From the NCBI GenBank assembly GCA_033764315.1, contig JANRJA010000154.1, forward strand, positions 1 to 43,309: a stretch of DNA of 43,309 nucleotides. The letters are read 5' to 3'. The first letter of the stretch is position 1. The number at the start of each line of letters is the position of its first letter. The notes beneath the pieces were generated by a model. The model saw only the letters and a program-made list of their open reading frames with translations. It searched no databases and was not told where the DNA came from. The DNA is from Oculatellaceae cyanobacterium bins.114 (GTDB lineage: Bacteria > Cyanobacteriota > Cyanobacteriia > Elainellales > Elainellaceae). The translations under genes were made by a program, and so were the position numbers. Below are positions 36,309 to 43,309 of this stretch, one piece after another.

Positions 36309-38576
36309 ATGAACGTAGCGGCTCCTTCCTACTCCATTGACATCACCCTTCCTGATTGGCTTAATCAATGTCTGATTGCGAAGCAATCTCCTATGATTTG
36401 TGCCTCAGACACTGTTGAAGCCGAAACTGATCTGGTTTGTCGTGCCTTTGAGTTTGCCTATTGCCTCCATGAAGGGCAGTTTCGAGCGTCTGGTGAGCCT
36501 TATATTTGCCACCCTGTTGCAGTTGCTGGTCTGTTGAGAGATCTGGGGGGTGGCGGTGCCATGATAGCAGCAGGCTTTTTACACGATGTGGTTGAAGACA
36601 CCGATGTCACCCCTGACGAGATCGAACGTCGCTTTGGGGTTGAAGTCCGGCAACTGGTTGAAGGGGTCACTAAACTCTCAAAATTTAACTTTTCGAGTAA
36701 GACAGAGCGTCAGGCTGAAAACTTCCGCCGCATGTTTTTGGCGATGGCGCAAGATATTCGCGTCATTGTGGTGAAGCTGGCAGATCGGCTGCATAATATG
36801 CGGACGCTCGAACATTTAGCAGATGACAAACGCCGCCGCATTGCCCAAGAAACGATGGACATCTTTGCACCATTAGCCAATCGTTTGGGAATCGGACGCT
36901 TTAAATGGGAGTTAGAGGATTTATCGTTTAAGTATCTTGACCCCGATGCCTATCGGCAGATGCAAAAACTGGTGACAGACAAGCGCACCGATCGCGAAGC
37001 CCGCTTAGACCAGGCGATCGCCACTCTGCGATATGAGTTAGAACAATTGGGCATTCAATGCATTGATGTCAGTGGTCGCCCCAAGCATCTCTATGGCATC
37101 TATCAAAAAATGGAGCGTCAGAAGAAGGAGTTTCACGAGATCTTTGATGTTGCTGCGCTCCGCATCATTGTTGAGAATAAGGACGAATGTTATCGAGCAC
37201 TGGCTGTTGTACATGATGCCTTTCGCCCGATCCCCGGTCGCTTTAAAGACTACATTGGCTTACCCAAACCCAATCGCTATCAATCGCTGCATACAGTGGT
37301 CATTGGCATGTCGGGTCGCCCAATGGAGGTGCAGATCCGAACCGTTGAGATGCACCACATTGCCGAATACGGAATTGCAGCTCACTGGAAGTACAAGGAG
37401 TCAGGGCATTCCTCCAGCAAATTTACGGGTGATGACGAGAAATTTACCTGGCTACGGCAACTTCTGGAATGGCAAAACGACCTGAAGGATGCTCAAGAAT
37501 ATCTTGAAAACGTCAAAGACAATCTGTTTGACGAGGATGTGTATGTCTTCACGCCCAATGGAGATGTGATCCCGTTGAGCCGGGGATCAACCCCTGTAGA
37601 CTTTGCCTATCGGATTCACACTGAAGTGGGGAATCACTGTGCTGGTGCCCGTGTGAATGAGCGCATGGTGCCTTTGGATACACCCTTGTGTAACGGCGAT
37701 ATCGTCGAAATCTTGACCCAAAAGAATGCCCACCCCACCCTCGATTGGTTGAATTTTGTGATTACCACGGGGGCACGTAACCGGATTCGTCAATGGTATA
37801 AGCGATCGCACCACGACGAAAATTATGCCCGTGGTCGAGAATTGCTAGAGAAAGAACTGGGTAAAAAAGGCTTTGAAGCCTTGCTCAAATCTGCCCCAAT
37901 GCAAACCACCGCAGAGCGATGTAATTACCACACCGTAGACGATCTGTTAGCGGCTTTAGGCTACGGCGAAGTCACCCTTAATCTTGTAGTCAACCGTTTG
38001 AGAGAAGCGATCAAAGCCCAACAGCCGATCGCCCCTGCTCCCGTTGTGGATGATCTGGAGACGCTGTTGCCTCCATCCACGCCAGCCTTACCTGTGCGTT
38101 TACCCAATCGCGCTAGCGATTCGCCGATCGCTGGCGTTGAGGGTCTGTTATATAACCTCGCCAAGTGTTGCAACCCCGTTCCGGGAGAAGCCATTATTGG
38201 GGTTGTGACAATGGGGAGTCGAGGGATCTCCATTCATCGACAGGGCTGTAGCAATACCGAGAGTGTTCCGGGCGATCGCTTGATTCCCGTCAGTTGGAAC
38301 CCCATTGACACTAAAGCTCGACCTCAAACCTACCTGGTACAGATTTTGATCGAGGTGATTGATCGAGTGGGGGTGCTCAAAGACATTTTGTCTCGCTTGA
38401 CCGATCACAATATCAACGTTCGTAGTGCACAAGTCAAAACCTATCCCGGTCAAACGGCTGTGATCAACCTGGGAATTGACGTACAAGATCACAAGCAACT
38501 CGAAAAAACGCTGACGCAAATTCGCAAAATGAGTGATGTGGTCAACCTGCGACGGGTTAGTCAAACTGATGAGTGA
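36309..38576 (+). CDS. spoT: Bifunctional (p)ppGpp synthetase/hydrolase (RSH)
   Basis: R.SGEPYI.HP, LHDVVED, KLADRLHNMRT, RFKDYI..PK.N.YQSLHT, EVQIRT, TGS domain, CC.P.PG zinc finger, ACT domain. Confidence 0.97.
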   Translation: MNVAAPSYSIDITLPDWLNQCLIAKQSPMICASDTVEAETDLVCRAFEFAYCLHEGQFRASGEPYICHPVAVAGLLRDLGGGGAMIAAGFLHDVVEDTDVTPDEIERRFGVEVRQLVEGVTKLSKFNFSSKTERQAENFRRMFLAMAQDIRVIVVKLADRLHNMRTLEHLADDKRRRIAQETMDIFAPLANRLGIGRFKWELEDLSFKYLDPDAYRQMQKLVTDKRTDREARLDQAIATLRYELEQLGIQCIDVSGRPKHLYGIYQKMERQKKEFHEIFDVAALRIIVENKDECYRALAVVHDAFRPIPGRFKDYIGLPKPNRYQSLHTVVIGMSGRPMEVQIRTVEMHHIAEYGIAAHWKYKESGHSSSKFTGDDEKFTWLRQLLEWQNDLKDAQEYLENVKDNLFDEDVYVFTPNGDVIPLSRGSTPVDFAYRIHTEVGNHCAGARVNERMVPLDTPLCNGDIVEILTQKNAHPTLDWLNFVITTGARNRIRQWYKRSHHDENYARGRELLEKELGKKGFEALLKSAPMQTTAERCNYHTVDDLLAALGYGEVTLNLVVNRLREAIKAQQPIAPAPVVDDLETLLPPSTPALPVRLPNRASDSPIAGVEGLLYNLAKCCNPVPGEAIIGVVTMGSRGISIHRQGCSNTESVPGDRLIPVSWNPIDTKARPQTYLVQILIEVIDRVGVLKDILSRLTDHNINVRSAQVKTYPGQTAVINLGIDVQDHKQLEKTLTQIRKMSDVVNLRRVSQTDE

Positions 38577-39103
38577 TGTTCAACTTAGAGTTCCGTCAGA
38601 CAACTGAAGCTGATCTGGAGTACGTTTTGGCGGTAGAACAGCACGATGAAAATCGTCCCTTCATCCTTCCCTGGAGTCGTGAAAAACATCAAGCGGCGAT
38701 CGCTGACCCTGATATTGCCCATCTCATTGTTCAAACTTCTACAGTTCAAACTTCTACAGTTCAAACTTTTACAGACTCGGTTGCGGTGAATGTAGGATTT
38801 GTGATTCTAGCAGGTCTGTGTGACCCCAATGACAGCATTGAACTGCGCCGTATTGTCATCACCCAAAAAGGGCAGGGATATGGACAAGCTACCCTTAACC
38901 AGGTCAAACAATTAGCATTTGAAACCTATCAGGCCCATCTACTTTGGTTAGATGTTAAAGAGCATAATCATCGTGCCCAGGTTGTCTATACTAAAGCAGG
39001 TTTTAAAGTTGAAGGAACATTGCGCGATCGCTTAAAAACAACTACTGGCTATGAATCATTGATACTGATGTCAATCTTGCGATCGGAGTACCAAAAGAGT
39101 TAA
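38573..39103 (+). CDS. GNAT-family N-acetyltransferase
   Basis: KGQGYG motif A, LDV..HN.RA...Y.K.GF..EG.LR; coupled to the rel stop (GTG 38573 or ATG 38576). Confidence 0.88.
   Translation: MMFNLEFRQTTEADLEYVLAVEQHDENRPFILPWSREKHQAAIADPDIAHLIVQTSTVQTSTVQTFTDSVAVNVGFVILAGLCDPNDSIELRRIVITQKGQGYGQATLNQVKQLAFETYQAHLLWLDVKEHNHRAQVVYTKAGFKVEGTLRDRLKTTTGYESLILMSILRSEYQKS
38729..38773 (+). repeat. In-frame 15-bp tandem repeat x3
   Basis: GTTCAAACTTCTACA x2 plus GTTCAAACTTTTACA, encoding VQTST VQTST VQTFT. Confidence 0.9.
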
Positions 39104-39240
39104 ATTTTTGTACTATTCGATTGTCAATTGACTTATATTTAATTCCATTACTATTCTAATCAAGGTAGTCCTCTAAAAGTAATGATGTTTGAGTAAGGAT
39201 ATACTGCGCTCTGCGCGGCATATCCTTAACTTGTTTAGGA

Positions 39241-39978
39241 CTACCCTAATAAAATCTCTGCCATCCTCTTTTCAACCGCTTTTGGATCACGTAACAACTG
39301 CTCTTGCATCTCCTGTGCCTGCTCACCTGGATAAACCTCTTCAACGCCATCCACAACGGCTTGGAGTGCTGCCCTTACCACTTCTTCAGGAGCCACTTTA
39401 GGAGGTGGAAAAGTCTTACTCATGCCTGTATCTACTGTTCCAGGCATCACCCCAATCACCAGTGTCTTTTGTGATGCAAGTTCGGCGCGAATTCCCTGAG
39501 TTGCTAATAAAGCTGCTGCTTTAGATGCACAGTAGGACGCATTAAAGGGAAAGTTGACCTTTGCCAGAATAGTTAGCATATTCACGATCGCCCCTCCTCC
39601 ATTAGCTTTTAACAAGGGTGCAAAGGCAAGACACATGCGCACCATGCCCAGGTAATTGACCTCAATTTCCGAGCGCATTTTGTCGAAACCTATATCCGCT
39701 ACCAATCGTTGGTTAAATCCAACTCCAGCATTATTGATCAAAAGATTGACATCTGGATAGGCGATCGCGGCTGCGTTCACTGAGGCTTCATCCGTAATAT
39801 CTAGCGAAATCGGAATAATGCGATCGGGGTCTGTTTCCACAATGTCTTTAAGGCTGTCTGGATTGCGTGCCCCTGCGTAAATGCGAGTCACTCCAGATCC
39901 CTGTAAGCCTTGAATGTAGTATTGCCCGATGCCACCATTTGCACCTGTCACCAATGCGATCGCGCCTTCAAGTTGCAT
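39241..39978 (-). CDS. SDR-family oxidoreductase
   Basis: TGANGGIG, NNAG, YCASK. ATG at 39978 preferred. Confidence 0.93.
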   Translation of the reverse strand: MQLEGAIALVTGANGGIGQYYIQGLQGSGVTRIYAGARNPDSLKDIVETDPDRIIPISLDITDEASVNAAAIAYPDVNLLINNAGVGFNQRLVADIGFDKMRSEIEVNYLGMVRMCLAFAPLLKANGGGAIVNMLTILAKVNFPFNASYCASKAAALLATQGIRAELASQKTLVIGVMPGTVDTGMSKTFPPPKVAPEEVVRAALQAVVDGVEEVYPGEQAQEMQEQLLRDPKAVEKRMAEILLG

Positions 39979-40040
39979 ACTCCTCTTTCCTTTTTTTTCG
40001 GTCAAATGATCAAGGTATACTTTTACTAACCTTTTTGGAA

Positions 40041-40062
40041 GTACTTACTTTTTTGTAAGTGC
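40041..40062. promoter_or_regulatory. Putative HxlR-family operator
   Basis: Palindrome GTACTTAC-TTTTTT-GTAAGTGC in the short divergent SDR/HxlR intergenic region. Confidence 0.6.
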
Positions 40063-40088
40063 CTTGAATCTATAGGGAAACAGCCTAC

Positions 40089-40412
40089 ATGACTAATGAA
40101 CCCACTCAAGGGACTGTGTTTGTGCAAACTACGCTCAAAGTGTTAGGCGGCAAATGGAAGATTCTGATTTTGTGGCACTTAAAAGATAGCGTCAGACGAT
40201 TTAGTGAACTCAAGCGATTGATGCCAGAGATTACAGAAAAGATGCTCATTCAACAACTACGCGAACTGGAAAACGATGGAATTGTAAATCGCACCGTTTA
40301 TTCAGAAGTGCCACCCAAAGTAGAATATTCATTTACAGACTATGGTCTAAGTTTAAAGCCCGTGTTGCAGGTGTTGTGCAACTGGGGAGAACATCATTTA
40401 AAGCGCGAGTAA
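40089..40412 (+). CDS. HxlR-family wHTH regulator
   Basis: GGKWKILIL.HL....RFSELKR....IT.KML..QLRELE.DG...R.VY.EVPPKVEYS.T..G. Confidence 0.95.
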   Translation: MTNEPTQGTVFVQTTLKVLGGKWKILILWHLKDSVRRFSELKRLMPEITEKMLIQQLRELENDGIVNRTVYSEVPPKVEYSFTDYGLSLKPVLQVLCNWGEHHLKRE

Positions 40413-40506
40413 AGATAACAACCCTGTTTTCTCCACTAAACTCACTTGTAAATAGCACTCACCATTAAAAATGCAAAGGTCGCATTTAGCCTCTATCTCG
40501 ACTCAA

Positions 40507-41346
40507 CTAGGGCGATCGCTCAATGAGCTGTTGTAATGTCTGCTCAAGATTAATAGTTGCTTCCAAATTAAGACCAAAAATTTCCTCAAGAGTTACGCAT
40601 AATTCTGTGACCATTGACAACACACGGTGTTCCGTTTGATCCTCTAAATAATGCACTGTAAACTGATTATCTTGTAATGCATAACGACAATTTAAGTCAG
40701 GTTTTGCCACTATTAGATGGTTCACAAAAAGTGAGTTGGGATGCGTGGAAACATACCAATTGCTGACTTCATAATCAGGCAGTTGTTGTTCTTGAAGATC
40801 AAACTTATACAGAGATTTCCACTCTTGCTTAATCAATGCCTGCATGATGTAAGTGTGATCAACTGCAAGTAACCGAAACGGTTCATGTGATGTCTGTTGC
40901 TCAACATCTGGTATCAAAGCAAGTGGCGTAGTGAGTGTCAATCCGCCAAATCCCACATCTGCAATGTAGGATCTTCCGTCAATATCGACCCGCAACACCA
41001 TATGGGTACGAGGTGTAATCGTTCCTTCTGGCACATTCCACAGCACACGAGCGGCTAGGGCTGTCACCTGAAAGCCAAGGGCAAGCAAAACCGATCGCAG
41101 TAATGAGTTTTGTTCAAAACAATACCCTCCTCGCCTCTCATGAATTAGCTTTTGTTGCAGAGATGCTAAATCTAAAAGAACAGGTTGTTTGAGAAGTGGA
41201 GTGAGGTTTTCAAAGGCGATCGCCTGGACATGGTGTTGGTGAATTGCCTGTAAGGTTGCAAGTGTCGGTAATGCATCGCCACTATAACCAATGCGTTGAA
41301 AGTAGGCGTCCAAATTAATCTCGGTTGGTCGTTGTTGTAATTGCAT
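40507..41346 (-). CDS. Arylamine N-acetyltransferase
   Basis: AY..RIGY, FENL, RRGGYCFEQN (Cys), THM (His), DVGFGG (Asp). ATG at 41346 preferred. Confidence 0.93.
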   Translation of the reverse strand: MQLQQRPTEINLDAYFQRIGYSGDALPTLATLQAIHQHHVQAIAFENLTPLLKQPVLLDLASLQQKLIHERRGGYCFEQNSLLRSVLLALGFQVTALAARVLWNVPEGTITPRTHMVLRVDIDGRSYIADVGFGGLTLTTPLALIPDVEQQTSHEPFRLLAVDHTYIMQALIKQEWKSLYKFDLQEQQLPDYEVSNWYVSTHPNSLFVNHLIVAKPDLNCRYALQDNQFTVHYLEDQTEHRVLSMVTELCVTLEEIFGLNLEATINLEQTLQQLIERSP

Positions 41347-41401
41347 ATATTTATTGTTATTAAAGTTGAAGCTGTGTTGCTTCACCAGGAGCAATTCATC
41401 A

Positions 41402-41884
41402 TCACATATCTAAGGAGCCAAAGGGTTTAGCATCTGAGAAATCATAGATATCGATCGCTTCTCTTTGTCGAAGCATGCGTTTTCCCAACCGTGGAAATTC
41501 AGCAATTTCAATATCCAAGTTTTCGCCTCCCGCTAGATACACCAGATCCTCATCCCCAATATTTCTGAGGTGATGAGCAACGGAAGGAGTGGGAAATCCC
41601 ATGAAGTCTCCAGACCCAACCTCAAATTCTGCCCCATCAATCTCTGCTATGCCACGACCCGACAGAATGTAAATCCATTCTTCTTCACGATGATGTGAAT
41701 GATAGATAAAGGACTCCTTGCCCGATGGAACTTTGCCAAAGTTGACTCCTGTGCGCTGGAGTCCAATTGTTTTGCCTAATTGAATCCCCGATAATTCAGA
41801 GTTTGGATTCCAGGGGTGAGAGAAAGCTTGCAAGTTTGACGCAATCTGTTCGGCTCGCAAAAGTAATGGGTGTTGATCTGCCAT
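41402..41884 (-). CDS. Cupin-domain protein
   Basis: HSH..EEE..YILSG.G...GD..GFP...AH.L.N; AGGAGG RBS. Confidence 0.9.
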   Translation of the reverse strand: MADQHPLLLRAEQIASNLQAFSHPWNPNSELSGIQLGKTIGLQRTGVNFGKVPSGKESFIYHSHHREEEWIYILSGRGIAEIDGAEFEVGSGDFMGFPTPSVAHHLRNIGDEDLVYLAGGENLDIEIAEFPRLGKRMLRQREAIDIYDFSDAKPFGSLDM

Positions 41885-41901
41885 GCTGGTTATCCTCCTG
41901 T

Positions 41902-42300
41902 TTATAGTGCTCGGTTCTGGGTTCCTTCACCGGGAGTCATAAATAACACAGAACTGGATGTGTGAACTCTAGCCGTATGCCATACCCCACGGGGCACTAG
42001 CACATAAGCACCAGGAACATTCAGAGATGCTACTTGTTCGCCTCCGTCTTGCTCCAAAATGAAATCGACATGCCCCGACAGCAAACACACAAACTCGTCT
42101 CCCGCTGGATGCATCTCCCAACAATTCCAATCTGTTTCAAAGATGTAGTGTGAGATTAGTCGCTTTCCTTTGAAATCACCAAACTGGCGTTCTAGATCTT
42201 GATAGAAGCGATCGCTCACTGCAACCGGAGTGGCATCGCCATTCTCATCTACAACAGTATAAGTGGAATTGATGTTGAAGAGACTAATATTACTAACCAT
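41902..42300 (-). CDS. Cupin-domain protein
   Basis: WEMHPAGDE.V.LLSG...VPRGVWHTA...TPGEGT. ATG at 42300 preferred. Confidence 0.88.
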   Translation of the reverse strand: MVSNISLFNINSTYTVVDENGDATPVAVSDRFYQDLERQFGDFKGKRLISHYIFETDWNCWEMHPAGDEFVCLLSGHVDFILEQDGGEQVASLNVPGAYVLVPRGVWHTARVHTSSSVLFMTPGEGTQNRAL

Positions 42301-42383
42301 TGTAATTACTCTCAAAGATTGTCAACATGAAATGCTTGAAAATAAGTGATGAAAGAATTAATTGAAGAGTTTAACTTGTTTAA

Positions 42384-42575
42384 TATAGCAGTCCTAAATC
42401 ATTTGTGAGATTGGGGAGTTGTAAGAAGCACATTGAGATTTGCCACATCATCAATCCATCAAATTGAGCAGCTAAGGAATATAGATTTAGTTAAGTAACT
42501 CCTTACAATATTGACAGTCAATGACTTAATGCTTCACCACTGTCAATCAAAATTATGGCTAGTAGGATTGCTATA
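42384..42575. mobile_element. MITE (same TIR family as 1685-1777)
   Basis: Left end TATAGCAGTCCTAAATCATTTGTGAGA; right end TAGGATTGCTATA (rc TATAGCAATCCTA). Confidence 0.7.
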
Positions 42576-42693
42576 ACCCAAGTGGGTGATTTGTTGAGAT
42601 TCACATCATGTTAGCCTACTCCTGACAGCTTGAAGTTCATAAAATCTTCTTGGTAGAAATCACTTCATAACTTAATAAATTATAAAATAGCAA

Positions 42694-43059
42694 ATGAGTT
42701 TTTTATATCCTGAAATTCTTTTTCCTCTCATTCTTCCAGCCTTGCTAATATTATTTATTGCACTATTTATTATTCCACTTGTTTTCATGATAGCCTGGAA
42801 CATTTCAATACCTGTTGTATTCAGGCTTCCAAGAATTACGTATTGGCAAGCGTTTGGTTTCTTGTTAGTTGTCAGTATTATCTTCAATGGAGCATTTATG
42901 GGGTTGAAGAATAACTCTTCAACTCAAAGTTCTGTAGAAAATTCTGATATTGATGATTTACGAAAAGATATTTGGAAGGTGAGTAATAAAGTAGATCAGC
43001 TCGAACAGCAACTCAATGAGTTAAATCAGCAACTTCAGCCCTCTCCTCTCAATCCGTAA
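42694..43059 (+). CDS. Hypothetical membrane protein with C-terminal coiled coil
   Basis: 2 TM segments with WN..IP.VF.LP.ITYWQAFG, then a heptad-rich tail. Confidence 0.7.
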   Translation: MSFLYPEILFPLILPALLILFIALFIIPLVFMIAWNISIPVVFRLPRITYWQAFGFLLVVSIIFNGAFMGLKNNSSTQSSVENSDIDDLRKDIWKVSNKVDQLEQQLNELNQQLQPSPLNP

Positions 43060-43066
43060 TTTCTAC

Positions 43067-43309
43067 CTAACTCTGTGGGTATCCGAAAGGTAGCATTATT
43101 GGAGAGATTAACAATACGTCCGCCACATCCTCAATCCACCGTGCTACTTCTTGCAAAGCTAAAAAGACAGGGAGCATGTCACCTTTGTAGTGAGTAAAAA
43201 TACTTAAGAGGTTGAGGTACTGGAAAATATAAGCGGTATCCGTCAGAATTAGAGCAATTAACTCTGCCAACAAGACCATGCAACCTGAACAAGAGCAAGC
43301 CCTCAAAGC
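43067..43309 (-). CDS. 3' part of a hypothetical membrane protein (runs off the window)
   Basis: Frame is open from the window edge to TAG at 43067; hydrophobic. Confidence 0.4.
   Translation of the reverse strand, partial: ALRACSCSGCMVLLAELIALILTDTAYIFQYLNLLSIFTHYKGDMLPVFLALQEVARWIEDVADVLLISPIMLPFGYPQS

Noticed and set aside
42672-42887. 71-aa minus-strand ORF
   Set aside because: Antisense to the better-supported 42694-43059 membrane protein.

Overview
Chromosomal window from a cyanobacterium: the HIP1 octamer GCGATCGC is very dense, and NtcA boxes, a patD-rel pair and cyanobacterial-type MITE/REP/heptamer repeats are present. A filamentous Leptolyngbya/Oculatella-like organism is my inference. 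The main feature is a ~13.6 kb nitrogen-scavenging cluster (1864-15464). It encodes a GS-like gamma-glutamyl-amine ligase, an orphan solute-binding protein with no signal peptide, a PhyH-family dioxygenase, a divergent Amt transporter with a small membrane protein, an acyl-CoA-dehydrogenase-fold flavoprotein, a MOSC protein, a TMAO demethylase (Tdm)-like DUF1989-GcvT protein, a SoxG/GcvT-like small protein and a HutC-type GntR regulator. Three copies of the palindrome TTGTTATAACAA, each beside an NtcA-type box, tie the transcription units together. This looks like a non-canonical methylated-amine (TMAO/quaternary amine) nitrogen-utilisation regulon; no tmm, dmm, mgs or mgd genes are in the window. 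A VapBC-like pair and a truncated nuclease gene interrupt the cluster. The rest holds four histidine kinases (one with an ethylene-receptor-type input domain), a C45 Ntn-hydrolase, an RTX Ca-binding protein, LplA-like, YbjN, DUF2267 and ferritin-like genes, tandem Ca2+/H+ antiporters, a GH1 glucosidase, patD/rel, and an SDR/HxlR/NAT/cupin group. No rRNA, tRNA, CRISPR array or intact transposase was seen. All functional calls come from motif reading, without database searches.
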